A stretch of 64,000 nt of DNA from Octopus bimaculoides (Eukaryota). The stretch lies in assembly GCF_001194135.2 (NCBI RefSeq), contig NC_068999.1:24092893-24156892 (forward strand), written 5' to 3'. The position numbers were made by a program, and so were the translations under genes. Below the pieces are notes generated by a model. That model did not search any database and was not told the origin of the DNA. It saw nothing but the letters and a program-made list of their open reading frames with translations. This document shows positions 1-12,790 of the stretch, piece after piece. The stretch's first letter is position 1, and each line of letters opens with the position of its first letter.

Positions 1-228
1 CACCCATGCGCCCACAAGATTAGAATCACTTACCTGAAGGGGGATGTAGGGGACATATCTGTATGCAAGGACAGCCACGATTTTACTTAGCTTGCATTAT
101 CCCCTCTGTGAAGCTCAGTGTCTGAAGATTCTTTCTCACCACTTCATTCCATGTCTTACTATCCTCTCCACACGTTCCATCCACAGTTAGAGACTGGCAC
201 TTCTTGATGCAACTGTCCTCATCCATAT
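1..228 (-). mobile_element. RTE LINE fragment (end of ORF)
   Basis: The minus strand reads HMDEDSCIKKCQSLTVDGTCGEDSKTWNEVVRK, homologous to the copies at 5418 and 44920. Confidence 0.7.
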
Positions 229-1130
229 GCAAATAAGCATAAAAAATTTCATCAAGCTTAGCAAAATAAAATGTTTTTGTAGATGAGACTAAACTTTAGA
301 AAGTTATCAACAGAGTGCGTGACTGAACAAAACTCCAATCTAAGCTGTAATTTAATAAATAATTTAATGTATACTGTAATTTAATGGGCAAAACAAAACT
401 ATATACTGCCAAATGAGGTAAAATTTGAGCTCAACCTCTTTGGAAATAAGGATGTACATAAATAGCCATATTCTTTTGCATTAGGGCAATGTTTCTGACA
501 ATGTCAAAAACTTGGATTAATTGTCAACAACAATCTCAATTGAAGCACCCCTGTCAACAATGAATTCCATGCCTCATAGGATGAACTTTTGAACCCAAAA
601 CTTTTCAGTTCAAAGATTCAAGTATCATCATCCTTCAGTTACTCTACTTTTTGTGTAGTCTTATCTAGAATGCTGTTGCTTCCTTTTGTTTCCCTATACA
701 ATGCAAAGCACATTGTGACCAGCAATGTGTAACAGCATCTGATAGTCTGGTCGGTCACATGATCACATCACATGATGTGATGCAAAAGATAATATTATGG
801 GGATCTTTGTAGTTTTCATCACTTTACAATTTTGTTCCAATTGTTTTCAAATTTGGTATATGGATGAAGTTTTGTATACTAATTATGAAAATAAAATTCA
901 TTTCCCCTATAAATCCATAATTAAAAAGTTATTAGCCTTTAAAATTTGCAAAATTTGGGTATTTTAGCCAATCAGAAATATTTTACACATCACCGTGGTG
1001 GAGAACTCTGTTTCCATAGTAACCAAAGCAAAGAAGCACCACATGTTCCATAACTGATCATGAAGAACTGTTTCCATAGTAACCAAAGATGCTGTGCATG
1101 CACACAAGGAGTGTAACCCCCACATGTTCT

Positions 1131-1451
1131 ATAACACTGGGCAACAAAAAATCCTTTTTTGTCTGGTGCCTGGAATATTTCGGTGGAATATTTCAATGAA
1201 TTCTTAAGTGATTTTTCCTGATAAATTCAAAAATAACTTCAATCTTTCTCTATCAGGTCTAGTTTTCTGATTAGACCTGATAGAGTATTTTATTTATACA
1301 AGAGGCATATAACACTAGGCAACAAAAAATTTTTTAGTCTGGTGCCTTCAATATTTCAACGAATTCTTGAGTGATTTTACCTGCTAAATTAAAAAAATAA
1401 CTTCAGTTTTTCTCTATCAGGTCTAGTTTTCTGACTAAACCTGATAGAGTA
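1131..1451. repeat. Two tandem ~150-bp units (period 178 bp), each ending in a 14-bp hairpin
   Basis: ctctatcaggtcta/tagacctgatagag at 1248-1285 (perfect) and 1412-1449 (1 mismatch). Confidence 0.85.
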
Positions 1452-1754
1452 AGTATTAAGTCAACCTTGGCAGAATTTGACCTCAGAATGTAATGGCAGA
1501 CGAATTACCGCTAAGCATTTCACCTGGCGTACTAACGCTTCTGCCTGCTTGCCGCCTTAAACATACCCAGATATGTTTCTGCCAACAACAACCCCTGCCT
1601 ATTCCAATGGACCATAGTGTCCCAAAAATTGACCTAAAATACTTCATCAAGTGGAGCTGTTGGGTTAGGCATGGTTTGAGCCATTTAAATTTATATTTTT
1701 TTAGTGATGTATTAAAAAATTTTTTTTCATTTTCATATTTTGAGGGAAAGTTAT

Positions 1755-2720
1755 CATCATCATCATCATCATCATTATCATCATTTAACATCCATGTTCC
1801 ATGTTGTCATGGGTTGGATAGTTTGACAAGATCTGATGGGTCCAAGGATTGCATTGTGCTCTAGTGCCTGCTTTGGCATGGTTTTTATGGCTGGATGCCT
1901 TTCCTAACATCAACCACTCTACAGTATGTACTGGAAGCTATTTTATTTCTTTTGTGTTACCAGCACTGGTGAAGTGCATGCAGCTTGCAAGACTGAAAAC
2001 CCAGATGGGGTGTGGCTTTATGCCAGAAAATGAGGAGTTAAAGTATGATAGAAAAAGTAGAATAGGTTTCTTGCTGTAAAACAGCTAGATGACTACTGAC
2101 ACTTAGAAGAGAAAGCTGGAATGATTGGTTGGAGCTGGAAAGGTGTCCCATAAAGATGAGCAGAAGTGAGGACAGATTGAAGATCTAAGAGTGTGAGTGG
2201 ATGGAGGTTGCAAGAGTGTACTGGGGAGTGAGAGAGGTGGAATATGGGTGATGGGAAGGGAGGCTGGTAGCAACTGTAAAGATTAGGTGGGGGTTGAGGG
2301 GTGAATGTAGTGACTGGTGAATAAGGAGTGAGGAATGACCAATGATACATGAGTTTGGGGGTAGGAAGGTACAGGAGAAAGTGGTGGGGAAGGTTCAGCA
2401 GAATAGTAATGGTGATACAGTAGACAGGGGAAGGATGAGAGAGTGAGAAAACATGTGGTGGGTAAGTTGCAAGAGTGGCGTGGGATGGTGGTGGGGGAGA
2501 GATATAGAAGCAAGTATAGTGCATGAGGAAAGTGAGAGATGTTTGGTGAGTGGGAACGAAAGATAATTTGATGGCTCAAGCTGTGGGTGGGTGATCAATG
2601 TAAAATGTGAGTAGAGAGAGCAGTATTAATGGATGAAAAATGAACAAGTGAAATAGTTCTGGGGAGCAAGAAAAATAAATGGTAACAAGGGAGAGTTGCA
2701 GTTAGAGAGATAATGTAGTG
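1755..2720 (-). mobile_element. Non-autonomous RTE-tailed element with a pyrimidine-rich body
   Basis: Reverse (ATC)n tail plus RTE 3' UTR, then a G/A-rich stretch on the plus strand homologous to 50150-50690. Confidence 0.65.
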
Positions 2721-2789
2721 GTAAGGAATTTGAAGAAGAAATTGGGTAACAAGCCCATTTGTACATTTAACACTGAAATATTGTTTGCA

Positions 2790-2953
2790 TAAGTATAGAT
2801 GTTGCCAAGTATTAAGAAGTTTGCTTCCCAACTACATGGTTCTAGGTTCAGTCCCATTGTGTAACACCTTGGGCAAGTGTCTTCTACCAAAAACACTTGC
2901 CCAACCAAAACTTTGTGAGTGGATTTGGTTGATAAACATTGAAAGATGCCTGT

Positions 2954-3001
<48 letters not shown>

Positions 3002-3486
3002 CATGCATATGTGTGTATGTGTATATGTGTGTGTGTCTCTCCTACTAACACTTGACAACCAGTGTTGGTTTGTTTTCATCCTTGTAACTTAGCAGTTTGG
3101 TAAAAAGAGAGTGATAGAATAAGTACCAGGATTTAAAACAAGAAAATTGCAGCAAAGCTGCATGATAGTGATGTCAGACCATCATATAACTTGTTTTATT
3201 CTCCTCTTCCTTTTTGTTTTGACATGCGAATTGCATTTTTATTCTTCTTTTCCATTTTAGGACTTCAGTGTGCACATGTGCATTGCATGTTCATACTTCA
3301 TTTTTCAGTTCCTATTCAAACCTGTTTATATATTACAACCATCTCACAAATGTGCATTCGTGAAAAGCGCTTTGTGTTCCAATGGTTGTGGAAAAAATAA
3401 GCATTGAGGTTCAGTGCACTTGACTAAATCCCTCCAGGTAATATTCCAGTATAGCCATAGTCCAATGACTGAAACAAGTAAAAGAA
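2790..3486 (+). mobile_element. SINE family A (tRNA-like head, CORE-like segment, internal microsatellite), interrupted at about 3140-3405
   Basis: Head ttcagtccca..accttgggcaagtgtc, internal (TG)n, tail gactgaaacaagtaaaaga at 3467-3486. Confidence 0.75.
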
Positions 3487-3629
3487 ATGGGACAGCACAC
3501 CTGTAACACACTCAAATGTTATACACTGCATAGCAAAACATTATCTAGCAGATGAGAAAAAAGATTCACTCACCAACATTCTACAGCCAACAACATATTA
3601 ATGTATTGTGTCCTCCCCCTCTCTCCTAC

Positions 3630-3790
3630 TCCCTCTCCCCTCTCCCCAGATCTCCCTCTCCCNNNNNNNNNNNNNNNNNNNNNNNNNNNNNNNNNNNTCC
3701 CCAGCTCTCCCTCTCCCCTCTCCCCAGCTCTCCCTCTCCCCTCTCCCCAGCTCTCCCTCTCCCTTCTCCCCAGCTCTCCCTCTCCCCCTC
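3630..3790. repeat. 23-bp polypyrimidine minisatellite with a gap
   Basis: Unit ctctccctctcccctctccccag at 3705, 3728 and 3751. Confidence 0.9.
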
Positions 3791-4069
3791 TTTCTTTAAA
3801 CAAGTGTATTTAATGGCCCTCCTCTTCCATCTGATATCCTTTCTTTTCCTCTCACTTATTGTCTCCATTGTTGCTTATCCTAAAACTTCTTGCTAAACAT
3901 TTCCCTCAATATTTTCTCTCCCAAACTGCCATATTTCTTATCCATATATTTGCTATGGATGTTCAAGCTGAACATCAAAACCCATTAATCTCATTAGTTT
4001 AGGAGGGCTCCTCCTTGGGATATCATCTACATATATATATAAAAAGAGAAATTATTAGATTTAAACTAG

Positions 4070-4225
4070 CACCAGGCATTGATTAGCTCATTGTTCAGTT
4101 TCTTATATGGCAATTTGATATCACTTTCTCCAAGGAATGCTGTTGTATCATCATCAGAATGGACCAGATCTAAATTGATAGCTTTGTGCATATCATTTAT
4201 GTAATTCTTAAGTAATTTTGGAATA
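4070..4225 (-). mobile_element. CR1/L2-group LINE reverse-transcriptase remnant
   Basis: The minus strand reads YINDMHKAINLDLVHSDDDTTAFL, matching the YINDL..HYADDT motif with a degraded active site. Confidence 0.6.
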
Positions 4226-5417
4226 TTGAACTATAGGGTACACCATGAGATATAGCAGTTTCAAGAGATCAGAGGTTATCCAGCTATAGATGATGCGTTT
4301 TATATGCAACATAATTTTTATCTGTCATGCCCAGTATACGGTAACACTGTGAAGTTAAGGTTAGCATTTAATGATCTATGTTAACAGAAGTTTCTTTTTT
4401 CAGGTCTAGGAATATTACAGCAGCAATTTTACATTTATGCTATTTTATCTAGAAGCTGGAGAATAAATATGGTAGCTGAATTCCGTTTCTTGAAGCTGAT
4501 ATAAGATATTGAACAATAGGAAATATTTTGTTTGATTTGTAATATATTTTTGAAGCTTTGAAAAAAAAATCATGTGATTCAATAGATATTGAAGTTTTAC
4601 TTCCCTCCTCATTTTTAACATCAGAGTAAGTTTAACATACTGCATATGTCAACAGGTATATATGTTACAGTCTGAATATCATGATCAGTACTGGAACTGA
4701 AAAGAAACTGCTTTCTTTATGGTATTAAATGAAATGCTATGGCAATTATGGAAACCAAAGTGATGTTTTTCTCTATGGTGGCAAAGGAGGAGTTGAACTA
4801 TATGGCTATTTAATCATCTGCTTAGATCTGTTTGAAATATATTGAAAGGTCTTTAATCATTTATGGTTACTGCTTGCAGGATTTATATTTTTGTTTAAAC
4901 CAACTCTACAGCAAAACTGTGTCAGGTTCAGTAACAAATATGTGAAGTAAGTTTCCATGACTTTGTGTCAAGCTCATTTGAGACTCCATCAATGTATGAA
5001 TTTGATATGTTTGAGATATGCTTTCAAATCTAATTCACTATGAGTTCTGTAGTCTTGATTATTTAAGTTTATCTCTTTGCTTATGTACCAAAGTGATCTG
5101 AAATTTCTACTACTAGTTATGTCAGATGAGTACTTACAGAATGAAATGGTAGCTTCATCTCCAAGAAAGTAATTTCATTCTCTACCATACTCTTCAAGAA
5201 TTATATATATATAACTAGCCAGATTGCTATCTTTGTCTGCCTACATACACATGCAACTTGTGTAACAATTTTGTTTTACTTTCCACAATGTGGTTATAAT
5301 TATATCAAGAACTAGGATTAAGAAATAATAAAACACAGAGAAATGCCTTTTCAGTTATGTGCTTTTGTATTTAAGTTCAAATCTTGCAGGAGCCTTTCCA
5401 GGTGTCAGTTTGATCTA

Positions 5418-6255
5418 CTATAAACTCTCTTCCCCATCATGTAAATATGTGGTTTGTACCAATGTATGAAATTTGAAGCCAGTATGCTCCGTTGGATGTG
5501 TAATGTCAATGTGAATACCCGTCAGAGTGTAAGTATCTTGAGAGAAAAGCTGAACATTAGAAGCATCAGTTGTGGCGTGCAAGAGAGACGATTGCGCTGG
5601 TATGGACATGTGGTGAGAATGGAGGAGGATAGCTGCGTGAAAAANNNNNNNNNNNNNNNNNNNNNNNNNNNNNNNNNNNNNNNNNNNNNNNNNNNNNNNN
5701 NNNNNNNNNNNNNNNNNNNNNNNNNNNNNNNNNNNNNNNNNNNNNNNNNNNNNNNNNNNNNNNNNNNNNNNNNNNNNNNNNNNNNNNNNNNNNNNNNNNN
5801 NNNNNNNNNNNNNNNNNNNNNNNNNNNNNNNNNNNNNNNNNNNNNNNNNNNNNNNNNNNNNNNNNNNNNNNNNNNNNNNNNNNNNNNNNNNNNNNNNNNN
5901 NNNNNNNNNNNNNNNNNNNNNNNNNNNNNNNNNNNNNNNNNNNNNNNNNNNNNNNNNNNNNNNNNNNNNNNNNNNNNNNNNNNNNNNNNNNNNNNNNNNN
6001 NNNNNNNNNNNNNNNNNNNNNNNNNNNNNNNNGGCACATAAAAGACACCATTTCGAGCGTGGCCGTTTTCGTGCGGGTGACACGTAAAAGCACCCACTAC
6101 ACTCTCTGAGTGGTTGGCGTTAGGAAGGGCATCCAGCTGTAGAAACTCTGCCAAATCAGACTGGAGCCTGGTGTTGCCATCCGGTTTCACCAGTCCTCAG
6201 TCAAATCGTCCAACCCATGCTAGCATGGAAAGCGGACGTTAAACGATGATGATGA
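5418..6255 (+). mobile_element. RTE LINE 3' part spanning a gap
   Basis: MLRWMCNV..IRSISCGVQERRLRWYGHVVRMEEDSC; 3' UTR ending catggaaagcggacgttaaac(gat)n. Confidence 0.85.
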
Positions 6256-7032
6256 AATGCAAGTAGACTGAAACATGGTCAATGTAATGATAAAGAGATC
6301 AATGTGGATAGAACAGTAGGGGTTTACAATAATTCAGGAAATTCTCACACAACTTGGGCTTTCAAAAGAATTTTCAAAAATTAAGAAATTTACATGTATG
6401 ATCTAATAACAATTTGAATCAGCTCCATGCAACTTAAATTTCAGACTATTCCCCACCACACACACAAACACATTCGCACATATGTTTGTATTATATGTAC
6501 ATGTATATAATGTAATAAAACCCTTGAGATTTAGTAGACACTTTCACTTTAGTAAATGTATAATTTACTTTGTCAGTGCACAATTTCTGTTGTTATATGT
6601 CATTAGTTACTAATGTAAACAGCAACTTATATGTTTTATATTCTTCTTCTCTCTTGGTACAAAGCCTAAGTTTTCTAATATAGAAATCAAATTGATCTCA
6701 AAATATTTAATTACTCATTTTATTGAGTTGGAAAAGATTCATCCCAGCTGGATTTAAATTTTGAACTTAGAAAAATGAACGATGATGACCTTTGATGCGG
6801 TTTAACAACCAACCCCAATCAATCGGGATTCACAGTTTGGGTTGTGCTGTTCACCATTTTGATCATTGAATACAAAATGTGGCTCATGAGGTCAGTGAAA
6901 AGATATGCAACAGATACAGATATTATTAAAAATAATAATATTACTATCCAGCAAGAATAAAGCACCATAAAAGCTAAAATTATAAATACAAAGCAGAGAT
7001 GTAGTGAATATTTTGAAATTTCAGTCGTTAAT

Positions 7033-7115
7033 GATACATTCACCTGAAGGAGACCATTCGGATTGGTGCCTATGCATGTAATACGAAAGGTCTGAAACTG
7101 CAGTGTTGAATTATC
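7033..7115 (+). ncRNA. Degenerate hammerhead-like fold
   Basis: CTGAAGG (7044-7050), then a 9/10-bp stem agaccattcg/cgaaaggtct, GAAAC, palindromic actgcagt, and stem I gatacattca/tgaattatc. Two core positions deviate. Confidence 0.35.
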
Positions 7116-7910
7116 CTTCATTCCTCTAATGGTCTTTGTAGGGGTAAGACAGAATTTTCCTATATTCACTGCCTGCAAATATCTCTGCCTGTGAACATTC
7201 ACTGAAGCTCAACATAGCACCGATAACTTACTGGCTGCTATTTCTAGCAATGATTATACATCATGTACATTTGCTTTATATATATATATGTTTATATATA
7301 TATATATATATATATGCTGCTTCTTGATGCAGCATCTGATGAATTGTGTATTCTTCTTCCCTTTCCTCCATTATTCTTGGAGGCTCTGTAAATGTCATTG
7401 GCACTACACTTTCTCCTCGGACTAATCTAAAGTCATAAAAATTGTTAAATGGCTCTACCTTTAGTCATAATCACCATCTTGTGTAGTTGAAAATATTGAT
7501 AAATGTCACCCGTGTTATATACACTTTTTATCAGATAAACATTTTGGGTAAATATCAATCTTTGCACAATAGTTTAAAACATGGTAAATAAGCCAGAATT
7601 GAAATGAAAGGTCAAGAAAAATGCTATGCATAATAGATCTAAATAATAGAAAACAGAAAAATGTAGAAATATATTTTTGTCATTCGTTTTTTATTAAAGA
7701 CTTGTAACTTTATGGTCTTTTCTTTCATTTTGTTAACCAGGCACAAAATCACTTGGTTTTATCATTTAACATACCTTACCACATCCACATATCCACTTCC
7801 TCCTAGCTGTGCCAATTTAGTGGTTTTATGGAAGTTGCTTCTGGTTGGCTGCCATATAATAAGTCATAAATGTAGCTGAATGAACAACATAATATATGAT
7901 ATGATATATA

Positions 7911-8276
7911 CAAAGGGGTGCTGAAAAGTTCATGGTTTTGGGTAAAAGAAAATACAGGAGGATCATACAGTTCTATATTTAAGAGATGAGGAATTATGTA
8001 CATTATTTACATTCGACGGATATTTGTCTTCATCTTGTTTGTTGTTAACAACAAACAAGATGAGGACAAATATCCATCAACTGTAAATAATGTAAATAAT
8101 GTACAGGAGGATCAGTTGATTATAATTTTATTCAAAATATTCTCCTCACAAATTCACACACTTATTGCAGCAGTCCTTCAGCTTTTCTAAGCCCTGTAAA
8201 AGAATTCGGAAGGTTGGGCTTCCACCCAGGCCTTTTGCGATACTCTTAAAGCCAGGAACTTTTCAGCACTCCTTTG
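7911..8276. mobile_element. Mariner-type MITE carrying an insertion
   Basis: 29-bp TIRs with 3 mismatches; TA at 7909-7910 and 8277-8278. A partial relative lies near 47790-47910. Confidence 0.85.
7966..8101. mobile_element. 136-bp palindromic insertion with 13-bp TSD (probably a 5'-inverted retroelement end)
   Basis: tacaggaggatca is duplicated at 7953-7965 and 8102-8114. 48-bp arms with no loop, centred on GTTAAC (44/48 paired). Confidence 0.7.
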
Positions 8277-8408
8277 TAATGTAATGTATATAATATAATA
8301 TATAACGTAATATATAGTATATAAACCCACACATGAGATGTAGATAAACATTTGTTTTGTTTTTGTTTTTAAAACTGAAGAGCTGAATATGTTTTGAATA
8401 TCTTTTGC

Positions 8409-8628
8409 AAGGGTGACGAGTTGGCAGAATTGTTACTGCACTGGGCAAAACGCTTAGTGGCATTTTGTCTGTCTTCATGTTCTGTGTTCAAATTCCATTG
8501 AAGTCAACTTTGACTTTCATCCTTTTGGGGTCAATAAAGTAAGTACCATTTGGGTGCTGGGGTCAATGTAATCAACTTACCCCCTCCCCTCAAATTGTTG
8601 GTCTTGTGTCAAAATTTGAAACCAATAT
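8409..8628 (+). mobile_element. SINE family B (MetaSINE-like central domain)
   Basis: ttcaaattcc B-box then ctttcatccttttggggtcaataaa..gtacca. Other copies at about 1455-1560(-), 12262-12468(-), 20215-20590(+, two) and 37356-37570(-). Confidence 0.75.
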
Positions 8629-8630
8629 CT

Positions 8631-8982
8631 TATCTTTTACTCGTTCCAGTCATTGGTCTGCAGCCATGCTGGAGTATTGTCTTGAAGGGTTTAGTCAAAA
8701 TAGATCAACCCCAAAATTTATTTTTAAAGTTTAGTACTTATTCTGTCAGTATCTGCTAAGTTATGGAGATATAAACAAACCAACACCAGTTATCAAAGAG
8801 TTGGGGACAAACTCAAAGACACACACATGCACATACATATGACAGTTTCTGTCCACCAGATTCACTCACAAGACTTTGGTTGACACAGGGCTATAGTAGA
8901 AGACACTTGTGCCATACAGTTGGACTGAACCTGGAACCATTTGATTACAAAACAAGCATCTTAACGACACAGCCACTCCTGC
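8631..8982 (-). mobile_element. SINE family A
   Basis: Reverse tail-to-head match to the other copies. An older plus-strand copy follows at about 9025-9390. Confidence 0.8.
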
Positions 8983-9972
8983 TTGTATTAATAAATTCAA
9001 TTTATGGCTTTAGATGTGCACAACCATAGGTATAGCTATGTAGTTAAGTTTATTTTACAGCTTTGTGGATCTGGATTTAATCACATTTTGTGACACCCTC
9101 AGTGTCTTCTACTGTTGACTTGATTTGACTAATATCCTTGGTGTGGAATTTGGTTGATGGAAATTGTGCAGAAGTCTGTCATGTGTGTGTGTTTGCATCT
9201 CTGTATATATTTACTGGTGTTCAGCTTCTGAATATCAAAGTGTAACTGTTTTAATGAATCTAGATCTATAAAATAAGTGCCAGACTGAAATATCTAGTGG
9301 TGGTGGGGGTCACTATGAATGACTAAAACCATTTGAAGTCTATGCCCCGGTATGATTGCAATCCAACATCTGAAACCGGTCAAAGAATCTGAAATAGCTA
9401 CTGAAAAACCCAGTTAAGCAACTAATTATCTACGTTACTTTTGATTTAGAGAAATATAATTGACAATAAATATAACAACTGTTGTCCACAACCAAAAAAA
9501 ACAAAAACAAAAAGAACCAATTCCTTCTCTAGCTACACGTCAAAGACTATTTGAAGTGATTACAATATTAATGAGAGGGTTTCGTTAATTGAATTAATGT
9601 ACCCTGAGGCTGAATGAATGGATTTTATAATGAAGTTCTTTATCTAAACAGAGTTATTAAATTTTCTTAATCTATTTTAATTATTTTCATTCAAATTTTG
9701 ATAAAATCATATTTAGGGAAGCTTTACTAACTTTATTAGCATCACTGGTGTTGATAAGAATGTGGAAACGTATGAATACATCTGAAGTTGATTAAATACA
9801 GTAGTTTATTTTACAATGGGAAATGAACTAAACAATATATTTTACTGAATTATAAAATAATTGAAATGAATACCAGGTTCATCAATATAGATTTTTTTAC
9901 TCAACAGACATAATGTAAAATTATGAACTGTTTTTAAATTTGAATTCAGTTGAATATTTATTTTTACTTTAC

Positions 9973-9986
9973 TACACACACACACA

Positions 9987-10061
<75 letters not shown>

Positions 10062-10228
10062 NNNNNNNNNNNNNNNNNNNNNNNNNNNNNNNNNNNNNNN
10101 NNNNNNNNNNNNNNNNNNNNNNNNNNNNNNNNNNNNNNNNNNNNNNNNNNNNNNNNNNNNNNNNNNNNNNNNNNNNNNNNNNNNNNNNNNNNNNNNNNCT
10201 CTCTCTCTCTCTCTCACACATATATATA
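9973..10228. repeat. Compound microsatellite (CA)n/(CGCA)n, gap, (CT)n
   Basis: Direct reading. Confidence 0.95.
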
Positions 10229-12011
10229 TGTTTAATCTTCCTTGCTTTTTTCTTCAGAAAATTTTTGAACATCTTTCAATCAATATACTTGTGGAAAATG
10301 AAATTGGATCTTATTTAGTTTAAAGAAAATGTTCTTAATTCAAACCAAAGTAACCGATGTCTCTGATTTCATAAATAATAATTTGCTTTTTATCCCCACC
10401 CTCCCCATGATCTACCCATCATGTCTGAACACAACTAGCTGACATAGTACTATAGTTATCAGCACATACCATATTTTCCAGCATACAAATTGAATTTTTC
10501 AGACCAACATTTACAGCCAAAAACAGAGGTTGACTTATACACCAAGACATCTTTTAAGAACGAAGACTTCCAAGTGAAATGCAGTGGGATTTGGAGAAAT
10601 AGAGATGATGTTTAATTGCTTACACTACATGTTTACATTACATACAACATAGACTTATATACTGGAAAATGCAATAATATGCACCTGTTGGCATTTTATT
10701 TTACTTATTTTACTTCAGTCTTTTCTCTCCTTCTTGGGCCAACGAAGAAGACATTTTTTTCTTACATTTTCTTCTCTAATGATTTCAGTTGAGGGACTTA
10801 AGCTTTGTTGGAGCACTGTCTTAAAGTGTTTGACTCAATTATGTTGATGCAGTACGTTGTCTGGTACTCATTTTATCAATCTCTGTCTATTGAATAGCTG
10901 GGTTTATACTGAGATATATCTTTCTTTACATACATACACACACACACATACATACATACATGCATATGATGGGCTATTGCACAATTTCCATCTATCAAAT
11001 CTCATTTACATGATATTGATTAACTCAAGACTGTGATAGAAATATACGCCCTAGATGCAAGATGCTGTGCAATAGATTTGAACCAGGCAACATGTGGTTG
11101 TAAAGTGAGATTCTTTCCCATAATTATGTTGGCTTACAATATTTTTTGTTTCTTAATTTTTTTTTTTTTTTTGTTCTAGAACATTTCAGAAAATGTTTAC
11201 TGGTTAATCTACATTTGATTTCCCTGCCGAGATGAAATCCATTTATGTACATGTTATTTCCATAATGATGACTTGTGTGTTTCAGATTTTCATTTTACTA
11301 GAAACAAGCTAGTAATTCATTGACTACATTAAGACTATAAAGAATTACGATCAATCTGGTGTTATTCAATGATTTCAATTTTTATATTGTTGCTTTTAGT
11401 ATTGCTTTTATAAAAATCTTTATGAAGATGTTTTATAAAGAAAGATCTGTAATTTACTCAAAGAATTGACTTCTATTTTATTTATTTACTTATTTTTTTA
11501 CATAAACCGGAAGATAATAAAAGTCGCTTAGCAATGAAAGTTCAGGGTGAAATATTTATTTGATATTTTGGTTTTAAGAAACTCTAATTATGAACAAAAA
11601 AATGTTTTTCAAAGGGGTCAGTGAGCTGTGAATAATACTGAAAATTGTTATGTCATGTGGAGAGACACACTGACTTAGAAGGATATTCAAGCTCTGATAT
11701 ATTTAAATTATGTAATAAATCTATAACAAATTGAGGAGCTCATGACTATTATTAATCTATGGTTGTGGATGCCTTATACATATTATTTCTTTAATGCATT
11801 AAGTTATTGATCAGGTGACTGTCATTGCTGAAAGATAAAGATCTTAACATAAATATTAATAACAACTGTCTGCATGTGTAGTTTTGTGAATAGAGCATTG
11901 CTACTACTCTGCAATTCTGAATTTGGCCTGGAACTATGTACATTTTCAGGAATATGATATCTTATGATGATGTCAGATCAAGCCAATTAGAATATTCTGT
12001 AAATGTAAATA

Positions 12012-12054
<43 letters not shown>

Positions 12055-12589
12055 CTATGATGAGATTAACAGTCTGAAAAATTATTATCTTAGTAGCAAT
12101 AACTCAAAACATTAGACATTAAAAAAGAACAAAAAAAAAAAACAAACAAAAAATAGACAATGTCTGTGTATATTTGAAATCTTAAAATACTAAATTTATC
12201 CTCTGGAAATTATTTCATTTCTTTCATTTCTCAAAAGTTTTTACAGTCAACTTCAATAATAGTTTCTGATCTAGGTACAAGGTCAGTAGTTTTGATGAGA
12301 AGCAGGGTCGGTCAATATCATTGCCCCCTGTACTTGACTGGTATTCTATTTTATTGACTAGTTGACTATGGCAGGATTTGAACTGAGAAATCAGATCATA
12401 AAGAGCTGAAAGAAATACTGCAGATTATTTTTTCCAATGCTCTAATTATTTTTGCAGCTTGTGCTGCCGTGGTTAAACAATCAATTTTAATATTTATAGT
12501 TTAATTTCTCTCTTTTTCTTCATAAGCTTAATGGAATATCAATAGCTTTAATTTTCTCTTTCGTTCTAATCATGAATTTCTCTTCTCAT

Positions 12590-12790
12590 TGTTGTTTAGC
12601 CCCAGGTCAATTCTGACTAAACAGATCTTATGATCAAAGGCATTCAAACCATAACCATTGTGTCTTTAATTTAATTGTCTATAACTGCATTGACTGATGT
12701 GCCCCTGCCTTTTCAAGATGGCAGGGTGAAATTTGAGGAAGATTTGACTGGTATTTCTAGCAGATTGAATGACTAACCTGTAGTCTAAGG
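12590..12790 (-). repeat. Interspersed repeat family C with (AAC)n-like tail
   Basis: Homologous to about 25940-26110(+), 35850-36050(-) and 41740-41920(+). Confidence 0.6.

Noticed and set aside
4880-4946. Acceptor/donor-bounded 67-nt segment (FIFLFKPTLQQNCVRFSNKYV)
   Set aside because: Modest acceptor, no homology, and a phase incompatible with direct joining to 47022.
6819-7202. 127-aa minus-strand ORF with a hydrophobic stretch
   Set aside because: The hydrophobicity follows from T-rich composition, no family is recognised, and it overlaps a probable repeat remnant.
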